Shown here: piece by piece, positions 1 to 12,745 of the stretch
Layout of the letters: every line of letters starts with the position of its first letter
How positions within the stretch are numbered: the stretch's first letter is position 1
Origin: Geosiphon pyriformis uo1
Lineage: Eukaryota > Fungi > Glomeromycota
NCBI GenBank assembly: GCA_016748015.1
Contig: JAAOMT010000034.1
Coordinates: 186,001-250,000, forward strand
DNA length: 64,000 nucleotides
Direction of reading: 5' to 3'
Notes under the pieces: generated by a model
Told to the model about the DNA's origin: nothing
What the model saw: the letters and a program-made list of their open reading frames with translations, nothing else
Database searches by the model: none
Made by a program: the position numbers and the translations under genes

Positions 1-392
1 ATCTTATCAGCTTGGGAGAAATAAACTGCAGAAGAGGCACCAGCATAGAGCCCCAAAATTGAAATGGAAAATTTATTTTTAAAAAGCAACTTAATAGAGA
101 AGAGCTGATCAGGTATCTCAGACACTTTATACACATGTCTTGCCAAAGAATTGTCCATGATCACAGTGACACCCGAATCCAAGTAACCAGAGTTCATACT
201 TGAAGTAAACACACAGACACCACTAAATTTGTCAACAATCTATGAACAAACTTTCTCTCTCAACTTTGTTTTTGTGAAAATTGAAACCAGATTATTCATG
301 TTCTTATGCCAATGCACAATATCTTTTTGTTTAACTAGATTGTTCATACCCTTAACATTGCACATGGCAATCTTCTAAACTAGACTGGTCAT
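1..392 (-). pseudogene. LINE ORF2 N-terminal apurinic endonuclease (APE) domain
   Basis: ATG at 392-390 reads MTSLV*KIAMCNVKGMNN...SIFTKTKL...GVTVIM...ILGLYAG, matching the APE motifs NxxG, (E)TK, GV and lYa. Trp codons have become TAG. Confidence 0.85.
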
Positions 393-2171
393 TGAGAAAA
401 AGGATTGAGAAATACACCACCAGCCAAAATCAAATTATCAAATCTTGCTGTCAGACTCAGAACCAAAGCAGAAAGTTTTTCCAGCATGGTTTCTAGTCTT
501 TTCATCTTAAGAGAGACAGAAGAGACTAATTCCACAGCAGTTTTACCACCAGTGGTTCCACCTGAACCCTTTTCTATCATTACATTACCCATTTGATCCT
601 GTGATGAGGAGGTCACCAACAGCTGACATCCAGGACTAGGCTGGAGAACTGTCAGCATGAATAAATTCAACTTCTTAGCCAACTCACTAATTTGCCCCAC
701 AAGGCTGGTAAGACTGCTTTCCAAAATAGCAAATCTTTTTTCAATATCAACTATAACAGACAGAATAGGCTTTTCTCCAAAGAAAAGCCAGAATTGACCA
801 AACTGCTATGCACAGAAAGAGAAAAAAATAAAGATCCACCAGCAATCTTCACTCAAGACACTCCACCAAAAATGATAGGACGAGCAACAAAAGCTGAATG
901 TTTAGCATAGATAGTAGCCAATCTGCTTTTATCCAAGTCTGAGAGTGTTCTATAAAAAAATCTTCCAAAGAAAAATTTTCCACTTTTAAAACAGCCCAAT
1001 AATGTATGACCCACTTTTTCATACTTAGCATATTTAGAAAAACCCAAACAAGACCAGTGCAAATTCATACCCCTTAAAACTGGAGTAGTTCTTATGACGG
1101 CATCTAAGGATTTAGCTATATTAAAACAAACAACAGCACATCTGGCCTGAACATACGTAACTGAATAATGATTGATCACACATGTTTTTTCACTTACAGA
1201 ACCAATAAAGTCTTAGATATTATGAGCATTTGTTCCTATTGGCAGAGTATAAAGCAGCACTCTATAAAGATTTCTTATATTCCATGATTCTTTATCTTGA
1301 TCAGTTCTGGTTACACATACAGTATCCTTCCCAATTAGGATAGACTAACAAGCCATGACAAATCAGCCTGTTCAATCTTACCAAATTTGACTACAGCTTT
1401 CTGTCACAAACCCACCAATTGCATTTTAATTAACATTACTGTACCAAACTCAGATAGTACAGTGTGCACAGTCTCAGCCGAAGTCCTAATAAAGATTTTT
1501 TTCACTATTACAGCTCAATCTAAGCACCCAGATAATTTTTTGAGATCAGTATTCACTAAGATCTTCACTTCTCCAGCTTTTTTAAAAGTCTGTACCAAAC
1601 TTAATTCAGAAGTAAATGTTGCTCTGATAATCTTAGCAAATTTTGAGGGAATAAAGGCTCCTCCAAAACCATTGATTTTTGAAAATAACTTTCTGATTAC
1701 CATAAGCTTTTTCTGAGCAAATTTCCCAACAACATTGTCCAAACTGATGTTCAGAGCAAAAGATTTTCTAACAGAAACATTGACCAAGTTTTTCAAATAG
1801 AGGGAAAGAATTACAGGTTTGTCTAAAAAAATGTCATCACTATCATTGTCCAAGAAGTCAATTTTTTCTAGTGGTTTACCCAGTGCTCTCTTGGTCTGAA
1901 TTTTTGAACTCTTAGGAGTTTGTTCCAAATCTCTACCAATGAGAATGCTGTCTTCTCCATAATCAAAGCTGGTCTCCTCAACCAAAAATTCTTCCTCCAT
2001 GTTCACACTATCTGATTCAGTAGTATCATCTGTCTCAGAACCCCATAAACGACCACTTGACATCTTAGCAACAGCAAATTTTCTATTACCTATATTATTC
2101 TCCAAAGTACCACCCCTCTTCTTTTTTCTAGACTCAGCAAACTTAACACCAATGTTAAAACCAGGCTCCAT
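389..2171 (-). pseudogene. LINE ORF1 (nucleic-acid chaperone with Zn knuckle), fragmented
   Basis: Collinear ORF fragments, degenerate C-x2-C-x4-H-x4-C and a coiled-coil C-terminus (KMKRLETMLEKLSALVLSL). Stop TGA at 391-389. Confidence 0.75.
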
Positions 2172-2249
2172 AATAAACTTGTTTAAAACAGCAATACTAA
2201 GGCCAACAGTAGCTTCCTAATCAAACAAAAACAGTTTGAATTTATCATA

Positions 2250-4090
2250 CTAAATGATAAAAAAAACTTCTTTCAAAAAATATTTTGGCTCTTTTTTGGG
2301 AATTTGGGATAAATAAAAAAAAGAAGTTTTTGTTAATTTTATGTGGTTTCTTAATTTTTATATGATTGTCAAATACATAAGTAAAGCTATTATTGGTTTG
2401 TATATATACTTGATAAAAACTTTACATAAAAAGTTGCCAATTGTGATTAGAAAACACTTATATAATTGCAAATATTCAAGCATATTATGTATATATTATA
2501 ATAAGATAAAGTTTTTAGATTACAGTTTTGTTTACAGTTTATATTTTTTTGTTTAGTAGAATTTATTAAATAAATGCTCTTTTTTCTAAAAGTTTTTGAT
2601 TAATACAAATATTGCTTTATCTGTAGTTTTTTAGTTTTTGGCTTTGTGTGTTTTTAATATTAGTTTGTATATAATTTTATATAAAAAATTTGTGTTTAAG
2701 AATTGGTTAATAAAAGCTAAGACTTTTTTCAAAAATATTAAGATTATTATATCTAAATTAATTGAGTTTATTTAAAGTTTAGTTAACAGTTATAGAAAGC
2801 AGATATAAATTTCTAATTTAAGATTTTGAATCAATATAAATTATAGAAATTTATTAATTAAAAATAGTTTTATGGTTGATATTATTTGTGGTTTTTTTGT
2901 TAAAATTTCAGTTGGTATTATTTGTTTATTAAGTATTAAGAAGAATTATACTATTAATTTTGATTTAAAGATTGGTCATTTAGTTTTTATCAATAATATT
3001 AGGAAAGTTTCAATTAACATAATTATATAGTGTTGTTTTAATTAGTCAGATGACTAATTATATGTAATAAGTATATAAATTATATTTAATTTAGAATTCT
3101 AGATAGTTGTATTGTATTAGATAGTAATTAAATTTTACTTGTAAATATTAAAAAAAATATATAATATTAAAAGATTAAAAAAATTATAAACAGTTATATT
3201 TATTGACAAAATAAAAAAACCCAATATTAATTTTTTAATACTTATATTTTTTTGTTAATATTAATTTTGTTATATATATTAAGTTTTTATTAATTAAAAT
3301 AATTATTTAAATATTATTAACTTAACAGTTTTATAATTAATAAATTTTATTATAATTTTTTATTACAAATTAACAAATTACAATTTAATTAACATTATTT
3401 TATTAAACTTAAAAAAAACCAATTTTATAATTGTTTTAAAAATATTAACAAAAATTTCTTTAATAAAAATTTTTTAATTATATATATATTAATATATTTC
3501 TTAAAAAATACATTAAATTTATTTATTTTTCTATTTAAACTACCAATAAATATTTTTAACACAAATATATTAACACTAAACTTTTTGATTTTTTTATTAA
3601 AATTGTTAAATTTATAGTTTAATATATTTTTTAATACTAGAATGAATTTTTTTTTGCTTTTTTTAATTATGTTTATGGCAGCTGTGTTTGTTATGTTCAA
3701 TTTTTTAAATAAAAATAAATTGAAAAAATAGCTTATGAAAAAAATTGGATAAAAAAAAAAAGAATAAAATATTTTTTTAACTTTTTTTGTTCTCTTTGTG
3801 GTTTGAAGATTAATAAGAAAAAAAGTAAAAAATTAAATTTTTTTATAATTGTAATTAAATATATTTTAATATGAATTAATTATAATATTTACTTAAAAAA
3901 AACTTTTACACATAAATTCAAAAAACATTTATTTTTAAGTTTTATTTTAAACATAAAATAATTAATATACCTATACTTATAAAAATTGCATTTAGAAAAT
4001 GTTTTTATTCTTATTTTTTTTAAATTTTATTTATAAATAAATTTTAAGAAAAACAAAATTTATAACAAATTAAACTTACATTCAATTTAA
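2250..4090. repeat. Extremely AT-rich, CpG-free tract; probable ancient eroded TE sequence
   Basis: Almost no CpG and very few C/G, no credible ORF, adjacent to the LINE, abrupt transition to CpG-containing DNA at ~4100. Confidence 0.55.
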
Positions 4091-5131
4091 ACATTTACTT
4101 GATTCAAAAATGCTATTTGAAAATCAATTATATTTTGCTCTTCCGATTTAATCAACAATTTTTTTTTTCAATGAGTATTAGATATTTATTCAGACACTCT
4201 TCCCATAACATGTTGAGACCAAATTTGGCATTTATAATAACACTGGCAACCTGGAGTTTCCCAACAGACTCTGCACTTGCGCAAAGTACAAAATATAGCA
4301 AAATAAATCATTTTTATTTTTCGTGTTATAGACGCCCCAGGAAAAATATTTCAATTTCAAATAAAACATTGGGACCAATTTCAAACAAAATTGATTCATT
4401 CTCACGGATGGATTGTAACACAACAATAGTAGGTAGACTACTATTTGCTTCATCACCCCAGGAGAGAATCAAGGCTCCTGGTTTTCATCTTGCGCTTTTT
4501 GCTTGTTGTGGCGCTCTCTTCTATATTTATTTGCTCGCCCGTCCTTGAATTCTGCGGATGAAGACAGTTTTTATGGCAAGATTATCATGGGAAAGTTCGT
4601 ACCCCTCGGAGATTTCATCGTCACGATTTTTGCATAGTGTATGGAGGTGTATCGGAGGAGATCAAAGGCAAAGCGGCAGAAAAGGTCACAATCGTAGCTA
4701 TAAATTTTGGACCAGTCCGCGATTGCCCGTTCCAGTAGGATCTCCAGCCTGGTCGTTTGAAGTTGACACCTGAGCTGCTATAGCTGAGAAGTTCTTTGGT
4801 TGGAAATCGAAGAGACGCTTTTGTCGCCCGAGATCCTCTTTTCGCTTGGCGCTAGACACGTGGGTAAAGGTGACATTTCTTGGTAGCGGTGGTGGTAATG
4901 GAAATTCAATTTGGGAAAAGGGAAGAATACATGAGCAGAGAATATTGTCACCTGATATGCATTATTAAGTAGTTTGATTTATAAGAAAAGTCCCCATCTG
5001 GTAATTGTATTGTTGATCAACGAACATTGTTCCCAAACTTGACAACTGGCAGTTTCAAATAATTTATGACAAAGGAACTTTCCCAATTTTACAATTAACT
5101 CAATTTCTTTATCATCTTGTAATTTCTTAAG

Positions 5132-6812
5132 ATGACCTCCACAAAATTTACAATCCCAATAATTGATTTATCACCATTCACCATTACAACTTCGAACCAT
5201 GAATCTAAACTCGAATCCGCTAGAGCAATTCATGCTGCATGCTGTGAGGTTGGATTTTTTTATATCAAAGGACACAATATTCCGCAGGATGTATGTGATA
5301 AAGTTTTGAGATTGGGCCATGAATTTTTTGAACTTGACCTGGACATGAAGACTAAATTGAGCATTGTGAACCAAGATTTTGCGAGGTTAATTTCGAAATT
5401 AGAAATTGAGTTTTCGCTTTTGAAAATTTGAGTTATTGATGTGGAAAATGTCTTTTTTGAATGGTGAAGAGGGTATCAAAGACTTGGAGAGAATGTGACC
5501 CGATATCAAAAAGATTGGCACGAGGTAATTTGTGAATATCTTTAAAAATTCTCGTATTTGAAAATTGTATAGTGATCGAACTGAGAGAAAAATTTATAAT
5601 ACAATGCCAGGCTCTGGATTTTTACAAACCAATTCCACGAACCCATCCTCTAGTACTCAACAATCAACCTTTACGTGGTCAAAATCAATGGCCAACCACA
5701 CCTTCAGAATTTCGTCCGTTCTTTGAAGAGTATATCGAGTTAATGAAAGATCTGGGTCAGAAAGTGATGAGTGCAATTGCATTAGGATTGGGTTTGGAAG
5801 AGAATTTTTTTGTGCCTTTTCTGGATGATTCTTTCTGGTATGCCTAGAATTTTAATTGAGAAATTTCTTGCCATTTACTCAAATGATTTTATATTGCTAA
5901 AGAAAAATTTCTTTGAAAGGGTAATGAGAGTAATCGGATATCCGCCACTGCAAAGTTCTAATGATAACGATCGCGTCGGAGTCAGTTGTGGAGAGCATAC
6001 TGGTATGCAAACTTTCCATTTCAGTTACACGTTTCTAAATAATATTTCATTTAATTGAGTTCATTTTTTTCACTTATCTTTATTTCTGTGTAAGACTATG
6101 GGTAAGAACTTGAATTTTCATCATGAATAAAGAGGCAACATTTATCAAGGACCCTATGCTTACTCTCAGAATCTTATAGTTGTCTTACTTTTCTTTATCA
6201 GGTATTTGGCTAAGCTTCGATTTTGAAAGCCCATTATACTCAATATTAACCTCTCGTTAAAAAACTGACCTATTAAAATCATTTTTCTTCTGATGAATCA
6301 GGACAATCTCAAAGAGGCTCTACAAGTTCAAACGAAAGAAGGAGAATGGATATATGCGGATCCGATACCCGGGACTTATGTGGTTAACATTGGTGATATG
6401 CTAAATGTACTTTGAACTTTTTAAAAACACTGAAAATTTTCATAAGTTATATAATTCATGATTCTTTCATTTCACCTTCTTAGGTCTGGACAAACAATAT
6501 CTATAAGAGCACTTTACATCGAGTTATCCACAAGGGGAATTCATATCGTGTTTCGTAAGTAGTAAATACTCAAATTCTTAACTTTTCACACTAGTTCTTT
6601 GTAGATTTTCGCTGAACTAACGCCTCTGATTTCAAATCAATTAATTTTAATTCAGATGCCCTTTTTTCTATGAGCCAAACTTTGATGCGCGTATAGAACC
6701 ATTAGCCCCGTGTTTAGAAATTGATCCGATCAAACATCATGAGCCAGTCATTTACGGTGAACACCTTTTGAGAAAAGTCTCGAGCAATTTCGAGGTTATC
6801 ACTACCACTTGA
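5132..6812 (+). CDS. 2-oxoglutarate/Fe(II)-dependent dioxygenase (DIOX_N + 2OG-FeII_Oxy; IPNS-like), 9 exons
   Basis: Exons 5132-5385, 5470-5524, 5611-5837, 5920-6002, 6095-6101, 6180-6201, 6302-6406, 6484-6554 and 6656-6812, all GT-AG and in frame. Motifs IPIIDLS, GFFYIKGH, RGYQRLGENVT, NQWP, HTDYGCLT (HxD), VNIGDML, STLHRV (distal His) and RVS (RxS). Stop TGA 6810-6812. Confidence 0.93.
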
Positions 6813-8515
6813 TACGTCCTTAATTTATCAATAGATTTAGGGATTTCTATCATGTATAAGTTTTTTCGATTTGGTTTGGTTTATCTTGATTTTTGAGCTT
6901 TCATGTTTTTATCTATTAATAAATTATTTGTATAATTAAGAAATTTTCTTTTTCGTGAACGAGAAATATCCACGAGTCATAAACATTTAATCAAGTGATC
7001 TTTTTGAAGCCAATTTTCTAGGTATGTGAAAGATTAACAAGAAACAATATTCTTAATTCCAGAACCTTTTTCTAAAAGGGTCCGAAATGAAAGATAATTC
7101 ATAATTACCTATTTTGAAATAGTAGTCATTTTCGAAAAGATCTTAATTTGAAACCAAAGACGATTCAGAAAAAACGCCAAGTTTCCAAAATTTGTTGTTA
7201 TTTACGATTATTAAATCGAGTCCCATTGTTCAATTCATTGTGTGCATTGTAATCAATTTTAGTTTGATATTTTCGTGAGAAATTGGCGCCTTTGGGAATT
7301 GAAGTCACCAATTTTCCCGAATTAAAAAGGCGATATATGATCAATTTAAACATTCTAATCGTTCTACATCATGCATCCGATATAAAAAGATGTTTTTATT
7401 AGAAAGGACTGGAATCTCTTTTTTGGGATTATATTTCAAACAATGTTTACAATAACAGGATTTTCATACATCATGTAACTAGCAGTCTCTGATAACTTTG
7501 CATATACATCTTTCGAATTAAATTTGATGATTCCAAGCAGTTAACAAACAATGGGAAAGGTTGTGTCCAATTTAGAATAATGAGATATTCAATGGTCTAT
7601 TGTTTTTAGATTTCTTTTTTAAAATTTTTCTTTTTTAGAAATTGTGGGGGTAATTTTTAATAATTAGAGGTGCATTTTTGTAAAGATCTTTTTTTTTTTT
7701 AAATTTTTGTTGGGTGAAATTTCATAAAGTCAATTGGATACCATGATCCAAAGCAGTTAAAAAGAAAGAAAGAAAGAAAGAAAGAATATTAATTCATGTA
7801 TATTCGGTGATAACTGGAAAGTTTAAAATTAAATTATTCTTGTTCTTTGCTCTCCTAGAACGAAAATTGCGCATTAAATATTGTTTCTCTGGAATTGATA
7901 CATTAAACTTGGTATACGCCACAAATTCATATTGGAATAAATTGAATTTTTTTTTTGGTAAGTTGATGTGGAAGAGGGGGGAAAATATGATTTTTGGTGT
8001 ATTTTCTAATTTTGCTGTTTCCGCTTAGAGAAAACCCGATACCGATTTTAATTTTTTTTTTTAACTGAAAAAATACTCAATCATCTGATATGCTGTATTT
8101 GAACTCTAGATTCCAATACCCGATTTGAGAAATTCAACAAATTTTTTTTTTCAGTTTTTTAATAGAGAAAAAGTTGTTTATAATTTATAACATTTTTTTT
8201 TATTAAAATTTTTTTTAATAATTTTAATAATCTTTTTTCTTGTACGTTGTAGAAATTAGAATAACATCAATTTGATAGAAATATTTTGAAAATTTCAAAA
8301 AAAAAATACGTAATTATTATATTAAATTAGAAACTTTTTTAAAAATTGGTTTTTTTTTAAAGGGATATCATGTAAAAGTGGGATTATTCTTTGAGATTTT
8401 GGTAATAATATCTTTACTAAAATTTTATTATAAGAGAAAATTTTTTATTAAGAAATAATAATATTCAGCTAGGTTAATAGTGGTATTTTTAATAATTGTA
8501 TCAAATTTTTGAGAA

Positions 8516-8516
8516 T

Positions 8517-8548
<32 letters not shown>

Positions 8549-8690
8549 TAATAATAATAATAATGAATAATAATAATAAATAATAAATAATAATAATAAT
8601 AAATAATAATAATAATAATGAATAATAATAATAAATAATAAATAATAATAATAAATAATAATAATAATAATGACAATAATAATGGCAATA
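8516..8690. repeat. Imperfect (AAT)n microsatellite
   Basis: Seen directly in the sequence. Confidence 0.9.
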
Positions 8691-9852
8691 AATCTCAATT
8701 TGATTCGTTGAGAACTTGATCTTTCATTTTTAGTTTAAACAGTTATGGAATTATTGCTAAAGAAGCCAAATTTCCAAATAAATTATTATTGCTAGTATTC
8801 AAATGGGAAGAAAGTAACTTTAATAATTTTCCTTCAACTTTGGTACATCAAAACGCTTGATTGTTCTTAAGTTGTGCCCAGGTAAAGATATTGTCCTTTT
8901 GAAACTTATTTAATTTCTATTTAGACCAAAAACGTTTTTCGAATGTGAAACTATTTTCGCATTATTACCCATTCATGAATGAGGTTTCCTCTTTTGCACC
9001 ATTGTTAAAACATACATTTTTGCGTAACTTTGATATCTCGAAAATTGTAATTGTAATTTTTTTTTTTTTTTTGAATAATCAAATTATCACTTCCTATTGT
9101 TTTTTTGTATCTCGCAGATTTGGGTTGCATGATCGCAGCTATTCGATAATTTGCTCGGGAAAATTTATCAACTTGGCCTTCCCATTCTTTAGTCATTTCT
9201 GCTGCACCCGCCTTAAAACAGAATATAATACCCTTTTTACCCAGATTCTTGAAAAGCAATCTGGAATTTTAAAAATAAAAAAAGATACATACATTGCAGC
9301 ATTATTAAAAACCAGATTTCGTGAAAACCCTTTATTCATAATTATTCTTATGGGTTTTTGAATCGCTTTATTAAAGATATTTTGGGAATTAGAAAGAGGT
9401 GGACCTTAAGAATTATATACATTTTGTTTGACTACTAAAATGATTCTCACTTGGGGAAATTTCACTATGTTGGATTTCCTCATTTTGAAAATAAAAAATA
9501 CATGTAAATCATGCATCTCGAATGACTATTTCGATCTTCAAAATTTCAACGTTTTAGCCAAAATTTAAAATTTAAATCAAATATCAAATGTGATTAACCT
9601 AAAAGAATTCAATAAATTCACGCGTTATGGATCCTAACGGTTTCCATAACTCTCATGTAAGGAATTTTCCTAAAATACGATAATTAGATAAAATGTTCAG
9701 GTAACGAAAGTTGAAAAGGAAATATAACTCGAAAATCTTTTTAAAGCCCAAGTAATGGTCTCCCCCAAAGGCAATACTAATAAACTCATCATTAAGAATC
9801 AAAGCAGATGGAAAATATAAAAATGTATTTCTTTCTAGAGGAAATCTTATAA

Positions 9853-11214
9853 TTAATTATCTTCTCCGACTTGCTTTTTAGACGACTTTTTACTTGATTT
9901 GATCTTCTTGGGGTCAGAGTTAGAGGAAGATTTAGGATGGGCTTCAGAGGTGGTCAACTTTGCTTTTTCCCAAGGAATCAGATTTTTCAAGGATTGCTTT
10001 GAAAATTTTGAGATCATTTCTGCGACGTCTGCATGATATTTTTGTTCATCTTTGGACATGTGATTACCCTTGTCATTCAGCTTTTCTTTATCCTCTTGCC
10101 TGTTGGAATGGAAATAATTTTGAGAAAGCCCTGATCCGGAACCTTGGTCATCAGAATCCTCAATTAAATTTGTTTGCGTCGCGTCTTCAAGTTCTTTAGG
10201 TTTGACATCATCGGAAATTTCAGAGTCTTCTTTATCTTTCAAATCTTCCTTTTCATCGATCTGGGACAATTCAAGCAAAATCACAAAGAAGACTACCTTG
10301 GAATCGCGTGTCTTACATACATACCTAAGGGGCTGTAAAATACAAAAACAGCATTAAATAATATCCAATAGATAAAATTGCCAATTAAAAATATTCAAAG
10401 ATTATCTTGACCTGGCCATCCCAATACTGCCCGACACCAACGTTAAATCCGGGCAAACGGATTCCAATCTTATCGAAATCAGCATAAGGGTTATGAAAAT
10501 CTAGATCCCAAACTTGGTTCTCGTGCACCTTAAAGTTTTTGCGATTCTCTTTGTTGGAAAATAACTTTTGTCGTTGTTTAGCACCCCAGGATCTCTTCTT
10601 TTGATCAATAATCAATTCACCCTCAGAAACATGATTTCCATCACGTGAAGGCCAAGGAGGAAGTGAAAGATCGGGATCTAACTCAGAATTTTGAGAATTG
10701 GCGGAAATTTCTGTGAGACGTACAGTGTTCATGGTCAAGAGAAGTGGGGAGTAAGCCCATGGTTTATCAGCATAGATGTCGGCTTCAAGACCGGGGTCAA
10801 TGTATTGTAAGATCTTGAGACCGACCCAGGAGAGTGGGGGAAGATTTACTTTTTGATCAAAGTCATTCTGGAGGAATTTTATAATTAATTAATCCTGTGA
10901 ATTGGATTCACGAAATTAAACTCGTGACTACTCACCCCAAATAGGATATCATCTGCGGACCATTGTCCTCCTTTGAACCGCCCTTGAACTTGAATTGAAT
11001 AACGCTCCGAGTTTCCCTCGAAATAAGGGCTATTCTTTATAAATTTTTTGTTCTCAGGGACGATCCCTGTGAAATCACGAATACGGACACACACGCGACC
11101 AGTGAAGTAAGGCGTATCAATGAGAATTGGATTATCATCATCGTTCGGAGCTATTTTAACGAGCGAGGAAGACTTATACTCGTGTCCTATCTTGATTTGT
11201 AATTTTAATGGCAT
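9853..11214 (-). CDS. DUF1769 (UPF0590/Duc1-like) family protein, 3 exons
   Basis: Exons 11214-10936, 10867-10412 and 10332-9853 with GT-AG introns. Motifs FTGRVCVRIRDF, YF, SIQVQGRFK, DDILFGNDFD, IDPGL..D..ADKPWAYSPLL, DFHNPY.DF and YWDGQPLRYV are characteristic of DUF1769. Acidic/basic disordered tail. Confidence 0.88.
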
Positions 11215-12745
11215 GACCTTGTGATTGAGGGAAAAAAGTGGTTTTAAATAGGGGATGAAAAATTATTTTTGGATAATGCTTTTTTTTTTTTAAAAAAAAA
11301 ACGACGATAAATAAAGATTTGATCGTGTGGAATTTATATAGAATTTCGTCATGTCAGATCATGTCATTATCTTGTCTAGTCATCATGATATCATCCTTTG
11401 CCACCCTCTATCAAACAACTGGTCACTAGCTTATAAACAATTAATTAGCATGGGTGATGATTTCTAGGATTTACCTTGGTAGGGGGCATGATTTATTATT
11501 CGGGGTTCATGGGTCACTGATTCACCAACTCAAAAAAAGGTTCTCCAGAGAAGAACGTATATGTATACCTAGAGCGCGAAGAGCCAAGGGAAAAAGCTGA
11601 AAAGGAAATGTAAAAATTAGTCCTAGTATTTGAAACTCTCACACAAAGTGGTTAATACTACCAAATGTTTAAAAAGAAAAAAGAAAAAAGAAAAAAAAAA
11701 TTTTATTTGAATTATTGGTTTCAGTTTCATGGACTTTCCTTTTTCTATTAAAAATCCCCATTATTCATCATTGTCATCTTGAAACTGCGAAATCACAAGC
11801 CCAAAAATCACAAACAATAGGTTTTTTTAAAAATTTAAAATCTCAAGTCGCAGCAACAAAACATGATGATATGCGGAGCACAGTCTTTTTTATTTATTTA
11901 TTTATTTATTTATTTTGTTGGTTTTTGCATGTTTAACAATTTTTTCTTTAGAAAATTCATTTCGAAAAAATATTGTTCACATCAAATAATACTGGTAAAA
12001 GGTGGGGACGAAAAATAGTTACAAAAAAATTAACATTGTGAAGAATGTGCGTGAATTGATGTGAATGGAACTTGCTTAAATTTGATCGGGAATCCTTTGT
12101 AAAGGCTAAAAAAGCCGCATGCAAAGATTGGTGGATGATAAGTAGTAGTAGTAGTAGAAGGAAAAGAAGGGAACTCAAAATATTAACTTTGGAGAAACAT
12201 AAAGCACAATTGCAAGAAATAAAATAAAAAATAAAAAAAAAGGAAACCTAAAAGAAAAAATAAAAAAACAAAATAATACAAATTTTCCGTGGTTACTTTT
12301 TTGATTGCAAAAGTTTAGATCGGAAAAAAAAAAGGGAGGGGGGGGAAGAGATTTACTGTTGAACTATATATAGGTGGCAGGTAATTTGCGATAGTGGCGT
12401 GTATATTCAATTTTTTTGGGAGATAAAAAAAGGGAGGGTTTAATAATACACAAAAGAAAATAATCTAGAGACAACTCTACTTTTGATGTGTTTTGTTATG
12501 CAATATGCAAAAAGTTGTGGTTGTAGGAAGCCGATTTGAACTTTGAATGGTAAAAAAAAGTTATATTTACACGAATTGTCAAAATTGAAATCGATGACGT
12601 GACGTGATTGAAAACTTTGTATGTCACAAGATCTTCCCGAACAACATAAATAATGAGAACAACGTCCGTTATTTAAACGCGTGAAAAATTCTCTAAATTA
12701 TTACATAACAAAAGTTCCAGTGTGTATGTAAAAAATGATTCATAT

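Larger units (their letters stand above)
1..2250 (-). mobile_element. Degenerate LINE (non-LTR retrotransposon), 5' part: ORF1 and start of ORF2; continues beyond the window
   Basis: Minus-strand ORF1 fragments (1515-2171, 853-1179, 389-724) with an eroded CCHC knuckle (KYAKYEKVGHTLLGC), followed directly by an AP-endonuclease N-terminus. Many stop codons. 5' boundary approximate. Confidence 0.85.

Noticed and set aside
4588-5000. GGGAAAGTTCG and AAAGTCCCC resembling RNase P/MRP CR-I; telomerase RNA and SECIS also considered
   Set aside because: No matching CR-V/P4 partner, no CTAACCC-type template, and no convincing SECIS helix or upstream UGA-containing ORF.
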